From NCBI GenBank assembly GCA_963811165.1, contig CAWEQH010000010.1, forward strand, positions 896,001-960,000: a stretch of DNA of 64,000 nt, read 5' to 3'. The stretch is from an uncultured Nitrospiraceae bacterium. GTDB taxonomy: Bacteria; Nitrospirota; Thermodesulfovibrionia; Thermodesulfovibrionales; UBA6898. Shown here piece after piece: positions 41,089-51,944 of the stretch. The first letter of the stretch is position 1, and each line of letters starts with the position of its first letter. A program made the translations under genes and the position numbers. Below the pieces are notes generated by a model. The model saw nothing but the letters and a program-made list of their open reading frames with translations. It did no database searches and had not been told where the DNA came from.

Positions 41089-41959
41089 TTATCCCTTTAG
41101 GGCCTCGACGCCGCCGACAATATCCATGAGTTCCTTGGTAATGGTGGCCTGTCTCGCCTTGTTATACTGGAGCGAAAGAGCATCGATCATATCGTTGGCA
41201 GCCCTTGTCGCATTTTCCATCGCGGCCATCCTGGCGGCTTCTTCCGACGCCTGCGATTCAAGGAGCGCCCTGAAGACCTGGATCTCGACATTCTTCGGAA
41301 CAAGCCTGCTGAATATCTCCTGCTTAGAAGGCTCATAGATAAAGTTGTACACAGGAAGAGACTCTTCGCTCGCCTTGATCGGCTCAAGAGGAAGCAGTCT
41401 CTGGACCACAACCTGCTGTGCGATAGCGGACTTGAACTCGTTATATATAAGCACGACCTCGTCGATCGTTTCGTTCGTATAATTTTCGATAATATCCGCC
41501 GCTATCTCCTGGGCGTTCCCATACGATATCTTCCCGGAGATGCCGGTCCATGCTTTTGCCATCTCGATTCCGCGCCTTTTGTAATAGTCGCGGGCCTTTC
41601 TTCCGACAATGCTGATACCGACCTCATAACCTTCTTTCTTCAGCCCCTCGGTATGCCGTGTGCGCAGCCTTAAGTATATTGGTGTTAAAGGCGCCGCAAA
41701 GCCCTCTGTCGCTCGTCAGCACGAGCACCTGGATGTTCTTCCTCGGCCTCACTGCGAGAAGTGGGTGAATCTCCCCCTCCGCGCTGCTTGCGAGGCTGGA
41801 CAGTATGCCATTCATCCTGTCGGCATACGGCCTCATCTCAAACATCCTTTGCTGGGCCTTCCTGAATTTCGCGGCGGCGACCATCTTCATCGCCTTTGTG
41901 ATTTTGCTCGTGCTCTGTACCGCTTTTATTCTTCTTTTTATGTCTCTCAGTGTCGCCAT
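41089..41959 (-). CDS. atpG: ATP synthase gamma subunit (frameshift near 41660, probably a sequencing error)
   Basis: KITKAMKMVAAAK, SDRGLCG, ARMAAM..AT, RQATITKE in two frames. Confidence 0.92.
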
Positions 41960-42039
41960 GTTCTTATCCTTTATCGTGACCGTTAATGAGTGATATTCCT
42001 TTTTTTCTACTCACTATTCACTAATCACTATTACTGTCT

Positions 42040-43549
42040 TTAAGGCTGAAACCCTTTCTTGAAGTCCGTGATCGCAGCGACCAGTTTGGCCTTGAGATCA
42101 TCGTCGATCGCCTTCTTTCTGTTCGAGTTCCTTCAAGACGTCGGCCTTGCGGTCCTTCATATAGCGGAGGATCTCCTCCTCGAATTTCCTTACGGATTCG
42201 ACGGGTATGTCGTCGATGAATCCCTGTGTAGCGGCAAATAGTACCGTGACCTGTTCAACCATGGACATAGGGACGTACTGGCCCTGCTTAAGGAGTTCGA
42301 CCATCCTCTTACCTCTTTCGATCTGAGCGAGGGTAGACTTATCGAGGTCGCTTCCGAACTGCGCAAACGCAGCAAGTTCCCTGAACTGTGCAAGGTCGAG
42401 CCTGAGCGTACCGGCCACCTGCTTCATAGCCTTCGTCTGGGCGGCGCCGCCGACACGACTGACCGAAAGTCCGACGTTGACCGCGGGTCTCACGCCGGCA
42501 TAGAAAAGTTCCGGTTCGAGGTATATCTGACCGTCAGTGATCGAGATAACGTTAGTCGGGATATAGCCCGAAACGTCACCGGCCTGCGTCTCGATGATCG
42601 GCAGTGCCGTCAAAGACCCGCCGCCGAGCGCATCAGAAACTCTCGCGGCCCTTTCAAGAAGCCTCGAATGGAGATAGAAAACGTCGCCAGGGAAAGCCTC
42701 TCGACCCGGCGGACGTCTAAGAAGAAGTGAGAGCTGCCTGTAGGCGGTCGCCTGCTTACTCAAGTCATCATATATGATCAAAGCGTGTCTGCCGCTGTCC
42801 CTGAAAAATTCTCCCATTGCGCAACCGGTATATGGGGCGATATATTGAAGTGGGGCAGGCTCGCTCGCCGTTGAGGAAACGATGATCGTATGTTCCATGG
42901 CGCCGTTTTCTTCGAGCGTCTTCATGACGCGGGCGACGTTCGAACGCTTCTGACCGATCGCCACATAGATGCAGGTCACGTCCCCGCCCCTTTGGTTGAT
43001 GATCGCATCTATGCCGATTGCGGTTTTTCCCGTCTGACGGTCGCCGATGATAAGCTCTCTTTGTCCCCTTCCGACCGGGATCATCGAGTCTATAGCCTTA
43101 AGTCCCGTCTGAAGCGGCTGGTTGACCGGCTGCCTTTCGATGATACCTGGGGCGACCATGTCGACGATCCTCAGTTCCTTGGTGTTGATGGGGCCTTTCC
43201 CGTCGATAGGCTGGCCGATGGCGTTGACGACCCTTCCGCGAAGTTCATCGCCTACGGGGACCGACATGATCCTGCCGGTACGCTTCACCACGTCCCCTTC
43301 ATGGATAAGTGAGTCTTCGCCGAAGAGGACCGCTCCGACGCTGTCTTCTTCCAGGTTGAGGGCCATGCCCATAACTCCGCCGGGGAACTCTAAAAGTTCC
43401 GACGACATGCATTTGTCGAGGCCGTAGACCCTGGCGATACCGTCACCTACGGAGATTACCGTGCCGACTTCGCTTACATCGACCTTCTTTTCAAAGTCAG
43501 TTATCTGTTTCCTTAAAAGCTCACTTATCTCGTCTACTTTAATCTCCAT
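42040..43549 (-). CDS. atpA: ATP synthase alpha subunit (frameshift near 42117)
   Basis: [17 protein letters not shown]; removing one A restores [25 protein letters not shown]. Confidence 0.95.
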
Positions 43550-43553
43550 CTGA

Positions 43554-44093
43554 TCACCCCTTTATAAGCTCATCTTTTAGAAGCCTAAGTTGGCCTTTTA
43601 CGCTGCTGTCATACATGGTGCTGCCCACCTTTACGAGAACCCCGCCAAAAAGAGATGGGTCGAGCACATATTCAATGTCGACGTCCCTCTCGATCAGTTT
43701 CTTCAGTGACGCCTTGAGTCTCTCCTCGTGGTTCTTGCTCACCTCAACCGGCGTCATAACCACCGCCTTTGCGCGCTTCTTCTTTTCCAGATAAAGCGCG
43801 GTCGCAATTTTTATGATGTCAGAAAGGGCCGCGATCACCTTGATAGCGGTAAGGTGCATAACAAACTTGACGACCTTGTCGGAAAGTCCTGCCTTCGCGG
43901 CTACCTGCTGGAACGCCTTTTCCCTCTCTGCACCTGTAAAGCCCGGGTTCACGAGAAGGCTGCCGAACTCCCTGCTCTTTTGCATCAGGTCCGCAACCAT
44001 GCCGAGTTCGGCCAAGGCCTTGGGCATCTCCTCGACGCCCACTACGCTGATCAATGTCTTTGCGTATTTCTTTGCCTGTTTTACCGGTTTCAA
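43554..44093 (-). CDS. atpH: ATP synthase delta subunit
   Basis: [21 protein letters not shown]. Confidence 0.93.
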   Translation of the reverse strand: MKPVKQAKKYAKTLISVVGVEEMPKALAELGMVADLMQKSREFGSLLVNPGFTGAEREKAFQQVAAKAGLSDKVVKFVMHLTAIKVIAALSDIIKIATALYLEKKKRAKAVVMTPVEVSKNHEERLKASLKKLIERDVDIEYVLDPSLFGGVLVKVGSTMYDSSVKGQLRLLKDELIKG

Positions 44094-44686
44094 TTTTTTC
44101 CCTCGATCTTTGTAACGGATTCTTCAAGCAACTTCAGCTGCTCTTCCTTTGTCAGTTTCTCCCTGAGTTTCTTTTCGGCGAGCTCCATTGCTATCTCGAC
44201 AGCCTCTTTCTTGATCGTCGCCTTCGCCAGCTTCACCTCGAAATCTATGTTTGTCTTCGCCTGTTCCAAGATCTTTTCCTTCAGTTTGTCGCCCTCTTCT
44301 GTTAGCCTGCCCTTCTCATTTTCACCTGACAGTTTCGCGGAGGCGATGATCTCCTCAACCTCTTTGTCCATCGTCTTGAGCCTGCCTTCTACTTCGGCAA
44401 GAGCCTTCTGCGCAAGTTCCTTGGCCTCCCTCGCCTCCTTAAGGCTCTGTTCAATAAGCTCAGTTCTCTTCCTGAAAAATCCCTTGATATCGCCTTTCTT
44501 CATCGCATATGTCAAAAGGACGATGAGGAGTATGAAATTTATGACGGGCCAGAAATACGCCTTTAAGAGCGAGGGCTCAGCCTCTGTGCCTTCACCTGCA
44601 AACACCGCAACACAGGTGAAAAGTAAAAAACAAGCAGTAAACAGTGCGTAATGAAAGACCTTTGAACTCTGAACTTTTTTCATCAT
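44090..44686 (-). CDS. atpF: ATP synthase F0 subunit b
   Basis: INFILL TM plus coiled coil; operon position. Confidence 0.9.
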   Translation of the reverse strand: MMKKVQSSKVFHYALFTACFLLFTCVAVFAGEGTEAEPSLLKAYFWPVINFILLIVLLTYAMKKGDIKGFFRKRTELIEQSLKEAREAKELAQKALAEVEGRLKTMDKEVEEIIASAKLSGENEKGRLTEEGDKLKEKILEQAKTNIDFEVKLAKATIKKEAVEIAMELAEKKLREKLTKEEQLKLLEESVTKIEGKN

Positions 44687-45105
44687 GCCTTTACCAACTT
44701 CCTGACGATCTCATCGGAGAATTTCTCTACGTCTCCTCTGAGCGCCTGTGTTGCCTTTGCGACCTCGGCCTTCAGCTCCTCCCTCGCCTTCTGGAGCAGG
44801 TCGGCTGCTGCTGCTTCAGCGCTGGAAAGGGCCTGCTTCTGGGTGTTAAGGCCTTCATTCCTCATGTTCTCAAATACACCCTTTGCCTTCTTCCTCGCCT
44901 CTGCAATCTCCTTGTTCATCTTTTCGATGCCGGCCTCTTTGCTGGCGTCCATGTCCTTGGCGGCATCGAGGAACCCCTTGGTCGAGGCCTCTCTGTCCTT
45001 GAATATCTTGAGAAGCGGTTTATAAAGAATGATATTGAGGACGAACATCAGGACAATAAAATTTGCAGCTAAAATTAAAAGCCAGTTGACGTGTATGTCA
45101 AGCAT
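44683..45105 (-). CDS. ATP synthase F0 subunit b'
   Basis: ANFIVLMFVLNIILYKP; operon position. Confidence 0.88.
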   Translation of the reverse strand: MLDIHVNWLLILAANFIVLMFVLNIILYKPLLKIFKDREASTKGFLDAAKDMDASKEAGIEKMNKEIAEARKKAKGVFENMRNEGLNTQKQALSSAEAAAADLLQKAREELKAEVAKATQALRGDVEKFSDEIVRKLVKA

Positions 45106-45377
45106 CTTATCCCTCTTTTATCGAGATTTTTTGCTTAGAAACTCACGAAGATTAGCATAGGGACAAAAGTTTGTCAAGATTTTTTATATTTAAAAATAAG
45201 AGGTTACCTAAAGATTTACCTATAGGCTGATAAGTAATTTTTATTATTATTCTATAAAAACCTGAATTTGCGGGCCCAATTCGTGTTTATTGTAAAGACA
45301 AGGCTTTCTTGACCCGCATCACGGGACTGGGATAAAATGAGCAGTATGGTAAGTGGAAGGTCTGCGCCGGTAATATA

Positions 45378-45764
45378 ATGAGTCCTATTTTCTCAGTGCT
45401 GCTCATGGTAAATAATTACTGTCATGACATCGCTACGGCGATGCTTGCGGCAAGCGGCATTACGATGTGGGTAATAATGAGGCAGCTCGAAAAAACAGGA
45501 AGCCGCGAAGTCCTGTCACTGCTGTTTTCCCTCTATGGCAGCATTTCAAAGATCGTCACATTCTCTCTTATATGGATCGCCGTCGGCGCAGTACCGAGGA
45601 TCCTGACATTCTCGACTTTCGAATTCGCCGATGCCCTTGCCGATAACCGCCTGCCCGGATTGATGGCCAGGCATATCTTTTCTTTCGCGATGGCCCTTGC
45701 CGGCGCATATCTCTGGATCTCGCTTATCAAAAGGATAAAAGAGTTAAGGGGCCAGACGTTATAG
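45378..45764 (+). CDS. Hypothetical membrane protein
   Basis: About 3 hydrophobic segments; NNYCHD N-terminal motif. Confidence 0.65.
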   Translation: MSPIFSVLLMVNNYCHDIATAMLAASGITMWVIMRQLEKTGSREVLSLLFSLYGSISKIVTFSLIWIAVGAVPRILTFSTFEFADALADNRLPGLMARHIFSFAMALAGAYLWISLIKRIKELRGQTL

Positions 45765-45798
45765 GTGCATAGGCCTGCCCTTCCCGCCTGAAAAAACC

Positions 45799-48159
45799 AT
45801 GGATAAGACCTCTCTTGATTCCCTCGAATTTCATAAACTCCTTGAACTGGTCGCAGGATTGACACACAGCGAAGCCTCGGAAAAAGCCGTGCGGGAAATC
45901 GTCCCCTTCGACCGGATGCAGGACATACTCACAAGACAGGGCCGCGTCCTGGAAATCATGCGGATGTCCGATGAGGGGACGCCTCTGAGGATTTCCTATT
46001 TCCCAGACATATCTTCCCTTATCGCCAAGGTCAGGCCCGAAGGCGCCGTGCTCGACGGGCATGAGGTCGCAGGTTTTATTCCGGTGCTCGACATTTCCGG
46101 AGACATCTCCTCGCAGACTCACGAAAACGACTGGCTGCCCTTTCTCAGGGAATTGGCCTCAGGACTCACAGGCTTTCCCGACCTGCTTCGCATGCTAAAA
46201 AGGTCCGTCGACAGCGAGGGCAATATCCTCGACAGCGCATCCGCCCTGCTTGCCGACCTGAGAGAACAGATAAGGAGGCTCGAGGGCCGCATCAGGAAAA
46301 AGCTCGAGGAGATGGTGAGGGACGACAATATCGCCATCTTTCTCCAGGACAATTTTGTTACGAAGAGGTCCGGCAGGTGGGTGATACCGGTGCGGATGGA
46401 TGCGAAGGGACAGGTAGCCGGCGTCGTGCACGACGTTTCAAAATCGGGAGAGACCGCCTTTATGGAGCCGCTTGCGATCATCCATATCGCAAACGAACTC
46501 GAGAACCTCGTTGCAGAGCAGAAGGCCGAAGAAATACGCATCCTGAGGAGCATTTCCTCCAAGATCCGGGAGTCGGCTGAGGGCATCAGCGCCGAATATT
46601 CTGTCCTCGTTCATCTGGACCTCCTTAATGCGATCAGCGGCCTGGCCGACAAACTGCACATGGAAATACCTCGGGTTATGGACTCCGGCAGCATCACCCT
46701 TATTGGAGCGCGACATCCCCTTTTGCTTCTGGCACTGAGGAGAACAGGCGGGTCAAGGGAAGTCGTCCCACTGGATGTCAGTCTCGGGGACGATAACACT
46801 GTTATGGTAATAACCGGATCGAACGCCGGCGGCAAGACAATCTCAATAAAAACGGTCGGCCTGCTCTTAGTCATGGCTCTTTCGGGAATGCCGGTCCCTG
46901 CTTCCTCCTCATCGGCCTTTCCCCTCGTACGCAGGTTGCTGGTGGACATAGGCGACGAACAGTCGATCGAAAGCAGCCTGTCGACATTTTCCGCGCATGT
47001 GGCCAACATATCGAGGATACTGAAGGCCGCGGAGCCGATGTCCCTTGTCCTCATCGATGAACTCGGTACCGGCACCGACCCCGACGAGGGTGGCGCTCTG
47101 GCATGCGCGGTGCTGAAGGAATTGAGGGAAAGCCGTGCGCTTGTCTTTGCGACAACCCACCTGTCCGAAATAAAGGGATATGTGCACAGGACGGAAGGGA
47201 TGGTGAATGCGTCCATGGAATTCGACCAGAAATCCCTAAGCCCGCTCTACAGGCTGCGTATAGGAGAACCAGGACAGTCCCACGCCCTCGAAACGGCAAA
47301 GAGATACGGACTTCCCGAACGCATTATCGATTCCGCAAAGGCCATGCTCGGCGGCATCAAAATCGAGTTCGATGCCCTCATCTCAGACCTCAACCGAAAG
47401 AGGGCCGACTATGAAAAAGGCATCGCTGAACTCGAAAAACAGAAGGCCGACCTCGACGAGAAAAAGAGGTTGATCGAAAAGAGACTTTCCGAGGCGGAAG
47501 CACTGAGAAAGGAGTCGCTCGAAAAGGCCTACACCGAGGCTTCTGAAATCGTGAGTGTGGTGAAGAGGCAGATGCATGCGCTCATGGAAGATATGAAGAA
47601 AGCGGAGAAGGCCAAAAGCCGGGACATACTAAAGGAAGTCGGCGAAAGCCAAAAGCAGATATCCCAAAAACTCAGGGAATATGATACGGCTGACATGGGC
47701 TCTCCCTCAGTGGATGACCTCAAAGAGGGCGACACTGTTTTTGTGAGGTCGTTAGGCTATGACGCATCGGTGCTGAAGATCAGCAGTAATCAGCGCCTGA
47801 GAGTTATAGCGGGCGACAAGGAGATAGAGATACCCGTGAGTGATGTCGGTATCGGGCGTGGAAAACCTGTAGGCAAGGATGCCGTTCAGATAAAGACAGA
47901 CACCGGCGATGAACCCGTTTCAACCAGGCTCATGCTTATAGGCACGAGGGTCGAAGAGGCCCTTTCGAGGCTTGAGCCGTTCCTAAACCATGCCTCTCTG
48001 GCGGGTCTTTCAGAGGTGACCGTAATCCACGGGTTGGGGACGGGAGCTCTGTCGCGCGCGGTAAGGGAACATCTTGAAGGACATCCACTGGTAAAGAAAT
48101 TTCGTAAGGGGGAACAGTCCGAAGGGGGCAACGGGGTAACGATTGTAACTCTGACATAA
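45799..48159 (+). CDS. mutS2: Endonuclease MutS2
   Basis: ITGSNAGGKT; DEQSIE.SLSTFS; DELG.GTDP; C-terminal Smr IHG.GTG.L. Confidence 0.95.
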   Translation: MDKTSLDSLEFHKLLELVAGLTHSEASEKAVREIVPFDRMQDILTRQGRVLEIMRMSDEGTPLRISYFPDISSLIAKVRPEGAVLDGHEVAGFIPVLDISGDISSQTHENDWLPFLRELASGLTGFPDLLRMLKRSVDSEGNILDSASALLADLREQIRRLEGRIRKKLEEMVRDDNIAIFLQDNFVTKRSGRWVIPVRMDAKGQVAGVVHDVSKSGETAFMEPLAIIHIANELENLVAEQKAEEIRILRSISSKIRESAEGISAEYSVLVHLDLLNAISGLADKLHMEIPRVMDSGSITLIGARHPLLLLALRRTGGSREVVPLDVSLGDDNTVMVITGSNAGGKTISIKTVGLLLVMALSGMPVPASSSSAFPLVRRLLVDIGDEQSIESSLSTFSAHVANISRILKAAEPMSLVLIDELGTGTDPDEGGALACAVLKELRESRALVFATTHLSEIKGYVHRTEGMVNASMEFDQKSLSPLYRLRIGEPGQSHALETAKRYGLPERIIDSAKAMLGGIKIEFDALISDLNRKRADYEKGIAELEKQKADLDEKKRLIEKRLSEAEALRKESLEKAYTEASEIVSVVKRQMHALMEDMKKAEKAKSRDILKEVGESQKQISQKLREYDTADMGSPSVDDLKEGDTVFVRSLGYDASVLKISSNQRLRVIAGDKEIEIPVSDVGIGRGKPVGKDAVQIKTDTGDEPVSTRLMLIGTRVEEALSRLEPFLNHASLAGLSEVTVIHGLGTGALSRAVREHLEGHPLVKKFRKGEQSEGGNGVTIVTLT

Positions 48160-48160
48160 T

Positions 48161-48190
48161 AAAAGGCAGGGGTAAACCCCCTGCCTTTTA
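48161..48190. terminator. Bidirectional terminator
   Basis: AAAAGGCAGGGG..CCCCTGCCTTTT between convergent genes. Confidence 0.85.
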
Positions 48191-48210
48191 TGGTAAGACG
48201 ATCACTTATC

Positions 48211-48567
48211 TTACTTCTTTTCGTCGGCTTTCTTTTCGCCAGCTGCCTTGTCTTCAGCCGCCTTCTTCTTGGCTGCCGCCTTCTCCTCAGCTGCTGCCTT
48301 CTTGGCTGCCTTCTTCTCAGCTGCTGCCTTCTTCTTGGCTGCCTTCTTCTCAGCTGCTGCTTTCTTCTTGGCTGCCTTCTTCTCAGCTGGAGTCATCTTC
48401 TCAGGAGCTGCCTGGTCGTCAGCTGCCTTCTTGTCGGTAGAGACTGCCTTCTTGTCAGCTGCCTTCTTGTCGGCTGCCATCGGAGCTGTTGTATCAGCAG
48501 CGAACGAAACTGCTGAAATAGCAAACACGAAAAGAACTGCAACGATCATCGCGATAAACTTCTTCAT
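48211..48567 (-). CDS. Secreted Lys/Ala-rich repeat protein
   Basis: Signal peptide ending SFA; AAEKKAAKKK repeats; RBS GGAAGGTGG. Confidence 0.8.
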   Translation of the reverse strand: MKKFIAMIVAVLFVFAISAVSFAADTTAPMAADKKAADKKAVSTDKKAADDQAAPEKMTPAEKKAAKKKAAAEKKAAKKKAAAEKKAAKKAAAEEKAAAKKKAAEDKAAGEKKADEKK

Positions 48568-48752
48568 TGATATCACCACCTTCCTAAATAGATTGGTTAC
48601 TACTTCCGTTTGCTTCCATATCCAAGAAATGTGCCATCCTGAATAGACAATAAAATCAATTCCTTGCAACCACCCAAATTAATAATATATATATTTCATC
48701 CTCTTTTGAGAAATAGTTATACCTTTTAGGGAATTAGGAAACTAAGAGCTGC

Positions 48753-49286
48753 TCAGTCCCCCTCAAACTCGGTCAACGAAAATATCTTATATCCTTTTTC
48801 TTCGAGCCTCTTTTCCCCGCCAACTTCGGGAAGGTTGACGATAAAGGCCATTTCAGAGACTATTCCCCCGAGTTTCTCGATCAGGGTGGCCGCGGCAAGA
48901 GCAGTCCCCCCTGTTGCCAGGAGGTCGTCGATGAGGAGGACCTTCTCTCCCTTTGTTATGGCGTCCCTGTGCATCTCAATAACGTCCGTCCCGTATTCGA
49001 GTTCGTACTCATGACTGACCGTCTCGGCAGGGAGCTTGCCCTTTTTTCTCACCGGGACAAAACCTTTGCAAAGGGTATAGGAGAGAGCTCCTCCTATAAT
49101 GAACCCGCGGGATTCGATGCCAACGATAACGTCGAAATCCACGTCTCCTTTTATATACCTTTGGGTCAGACCGTCTATCACAAGCCTGAACCCGACGGGG
49201 TCCTTTATGAGTGTCGTGATGTCCCTGAACATTATCCCTTTCTTAGGATGATCAGGGATAGTCCTTATCTTCGATTTGATCGGCAT
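48753..49286 (-). CDS. apt: Adenine phosphoribosyltransferase
   Basis: GIMFRDIT; YELEYG; IDDLLATGGT. Confidence 0.96.
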   Translation of the reverse strand: MPIKSKIRTIPDHPKKGIMFRDITTLIKDPVGFRLVIDGLTQRYIKGDVDFDVIVGIESRGFIIGGALSYTLCKGFVPVRKKGKLPAETVSHEYELEYGTDVIEMHRDAITKGEKVLLIDDLLATGGTALAAATLIEKLGGIVSEMAFIVNLPEVGGEKRLEEKGYKIFSLTEFEGD

Positions 49287-49299
49287 CGCCTTCCTCCTG

Positions 49300-50064
49300 T
49301 CACCTGCATGAGCAGTCCGTATTATTGATTTTCGGAATCGTCTTTATTATCAGTCCCTTAACGTTTTCCGCGTTCTTTTTCATTATGGACAGTATCATCT
49401 CCCACGTTACCGGCTCTTCTCCTTCTTTCCAGCAGTCGTAATCCGTCGACATAGCGATAGTCTGGTAGCAGATGCCGGCTTCCCTCGCGAGAACTACCTC
49501 GGGGACGGTAGACATGTTGATCACGTCCGCACCGAGTTTCCTGAACATGAAAGATTCGGCCTTCGTCGAAAACCTTGGTCCTTCGATCGTCACGACAGTG
49601 CCCTTTTTATGATGCCTGAGCCCGAGCTGTTTTGCAGAGTCTACGAGCAGCGCGCGGAGATACCCGCAGAAGGGTTCTGCCATTGGGGTATGGATCACCT
49701 TTTTGTCATGGAAGGTAAGGAGCCTGCGCCTGGTAAAGTCGATGAACTGGTCTACGAAGACCAGGTCTCCCGGCCTCATCTTTTCCCTCAGGGACCCAAC
49801 CGCGGTAGTAGCCAGGATGTGAGTGCACCCCTCCTTTTTGAGCGCATGGATATTCGCCCGGTAATTCACACCCGTAGGATAAATGGAATGGTCCTTCCCG
49901 TGCCGTGCCAGTATGACGGCATCGACACCGTGTATCTCCCCTATAGTAAGTGCAGACGACGGATTTCCATAGGGAGTCCTTACCTTCTTTTCTTTCATGC
50001 CTTTCATCAGCCCGGGGTCGTCCAGGCCCGAGCCGCCGATAATGCCTATCTTTACGTTGGCCAT
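49300..50064 (-). CDS. mtnP: S-methyl-5'-thioadenosine phosphorylase
   Basis: GIIGGSG; ARHG; EGPRFST; TDYDCW. Confidence 0.93.
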   Translation of the reverse strand: MANVKIGIIGGSGLDDPGLMKGMKEKKVRTPYGNPSSALTIGEIHGVDAVILARHGKDHSIYPTGVNYRANIHALKKEGCTHILATTAVGSLREKMRPGDLVFVDQFIDFTRRRLLTFHDKKVIHTPMAEPFCGYLRALLVDSAKQLGLRHHKKGTVVTIEGPRFSTKAESFMFRKLGADVINMSTVPEVVLAREAGICYQTIAMSTDYDCWKEGEEPVTWEMILSIMKKNAENVKGLIIKTIPKINNTDCSCR

Positions 50065-50146
50065 GCACTCTCCTCAAACAGTTCGATTCGCGTAAAAAGA
50101 TATCCGAAGGGAAGAAGGCTTGTCAAGAAAACGGACGCCCGACGAC

Positions 50147-50794
50147 CTACCCTTTTTTCGCCTGCCCCCGGAGCCAATCCATCCACTGAGAAATGCCCTC
50201 GCCGGTCCTGCAGGAGACTTCGAATATCTCTAGTTTGGGGTTGAGGGATGAGGCGTCTCGTTTGATCTTGCCGATATCGACGTCCGTATGAGGCAGCAGG
50301 TCGATCTTATTGAGGATAAGCGCCGAGGACTCCTGAAACATAAGGGGATATTTGAGAGGCTTATCATGGCCCTCGGCAATGCTCAGGAGCATCACCTTCA
50401 TGTCCTCGCCGACCTTGAATTCGGCCGGGCAGACGAGATTGCCCACGTTTTCGATAAACAGGACGTCTATCTCACTAAGCGGAAGGTCCCCCAGCACATC
50501 GGAGATCATGTTTGCGTCGAGGTGGCAGGCCCCTCCCGTATTGATCTGTACGACCGGGGCCCCGAATTTTTCGATTCTCTCCGCATCATCGCTGCCGGCG
50601 ATATCGCCTTCTATGACGCCGATCCTAAGGTCTTTTTTGCCCGAGAGGGTTTTTTCGAGCAATGACGTCTTTCCCGCACCCGGCCCGCTCATGAGATTGA
50701 CTACGAACACCCCTGCACGGTCGAATATTTTCCTGTTTTCAAGCGCAATCCTGTCGTTTGCTTCGAGGATCTTTGTTGCGACCTTAACTTTCAT
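50147..50794 (-). CDS. hypB: Hydrogenase nickel incorporation GTPase HypB
   Basis: GAGKT; CHLDA; ENVGNLVCPA; KPLKYP. Confidence 0.96.
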   Translation of the reverse strand: MKVKVATKILEANDRIALENRKIFDRAGVFVVNLMSGPGAGKTSLLEKTLSGKKDLRIGVIEGDIAGSDDAERIEKFGAPVVQINTGGACHLDANMISDVLGDLPLSEIDVLFIENVGNLVCPAEFKVGEDMKVMLLSIAEGHDKPLKYPLMFQESSALILNKIDLLPHTDVDIGKIKRDASSLNPKLEIFEVSCRTGEGISQWMDWLRGQAKKG

Positions 50795-51135
50795 GAAACC
50801 TCCATATCGATTACATCCAGTTCGCGTCCACCGGTCATGCGGAACGACCCTCCCCCGCAGCGCGGACAGCCCAAAACATACTCCTCTTCGGTGGTAAAGG
50901 TATTATTGCAATCAAAACAGTGGCCCGAGACAGGGACCTCTTCTATCTCAAGGACCGCCTCTTTCGCCAAGGAGTCCTCTTTAAGCGCTTCGAATGCAAA
51001 AACAAGGGCGTCAGTCATAATGCCCGACGCCCTGCCGATCTTCAGGTGTATCGATTCTATCTTGCGGTAACCGCTCCTTTTACACTGACTGGAAACTATT
51101 TCAAGCAGGCTTGCAGCTATCGAAGCCTCATGCAT
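50791..51135 (-). CDS. hypA: Hydrogenase maturation nickel chaperone HypA
   Basis: MHE N-terminus; CxxC..CPxC; G.EL. Confidence 0.95.
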   Translation of the reverse strand: MHEASIAASLLEIVSSQCKRSGYRKIESIHLKIGRASGIMTDALVFAFEALKEDSLAKEAVLEIEEVPVSGHCFDCNNTFTTEEEYVLGCPRCGGGSFRMTGGRELDVIDMEVS

Positions 51136-51445
51136 TTTGCTCTTTGGAAAGTCTCTCTTTCTCCCTATCGTAGGCCTCTTTGCCCGCCTCAATCGCCGAC
51201 TTCACGATAGATTTCTTCTGTTCGTAAAGTCCCTTGCCCTCGTCTACATAGGACGTGAGCTTCTCCTTGGTCTTCTCAACGTAATCCGTTGTCTTGTCCT
51301 TTACGTCGTCCGTAAGATCCTTGATCTTCTTCCTCGTTTCTTCACCGGACTGCGGGGCAAGAAGGAGCGCAAGCCCCGCCCCGACCAAACCGCCCAAAAG
51401 AAACGACAACAGCATCGAACCTGAACTGTAACCCTCGTCTTTCAT
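51128..51445 (-). CDS. YtxH domain protein
   Basis: FLLGGLVGA..ALLLAPQSGEETR. Confidence 0.88.
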   Translation of the reverse strand: MKDEGYSSGSMLLSFLLGGLVGAGLALLLAPQSGEETRKKIKDLTDDVKDKTTDYVEKTKEKLTSYVDEGKGLYEQKKSIVKSAIEAGKEAYDREKERLSKEQNA

Positions 51446-51825
51446 TCTCTCTCTCCTTTTTTCAGTATATGAGCTAATAAATATCCGAGTCCGGCCCTCA
51501 TCCCGGCCTTCATGCTGACGGCCTTGACGGCAGTCGACGCGCCTAAACTCCCGATAAGAGTGTTCACCGCGCCGACCGTCCTGCCCATTTCGCCGACTGA
51601 ATGAGAAAGCTGCTTCACCTCTTCGGTAACAACACCGACATTGTCGGTAATTGTTCTGGCGCTTTTAAGCATAAGATTGAGTTCCTCCAGGGCAGGATTG
51701 AGATTCTCCTCGGTCATCTTCCTAAGAGAAACGACCGTCCTTTTGAGCTCTATAAGTAAAGGAATAAGATATGCCGCTACGCCTATCAAGACAGCGGCTA
51801 TCACTGCCATCAAGACTATATTCAT
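51442..51825 (-). CDS. DUF948 (YoxC-like) protein
   Basis: N-terminal TM plus coiled coil; usual partner of YtxH. Confidence 0.75.
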   Translation of the reverse strand: MNIVLMAVIAAVLIGVAAYLIPLLIELKRTVVSLRKMTEENLNPALEELNLMLKSARTITDNVGVVTEEVKQLSHSVGEMGRTVGAVNTLIGSLGASTAVKAVSMKAGMRAGLGYLLAHILKKGERE

Positions 51826-51944
51826 CCCGCCTCCTCCTCACCATTATATCACAGATTCTCCCGATGTCTCGAAAGACCCGCGGTATTTAAATTTTAGTGA
51901 TAAATATATTACATGTAAAGCATTTTATGGTATCCTGTAACGCG

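Noticed and set aside
48240..48480. CRISPR-like tandem repeats
   Set aside because: They are coding repeats without unique spacers; no CRISPR array or cas gene was seen in the window
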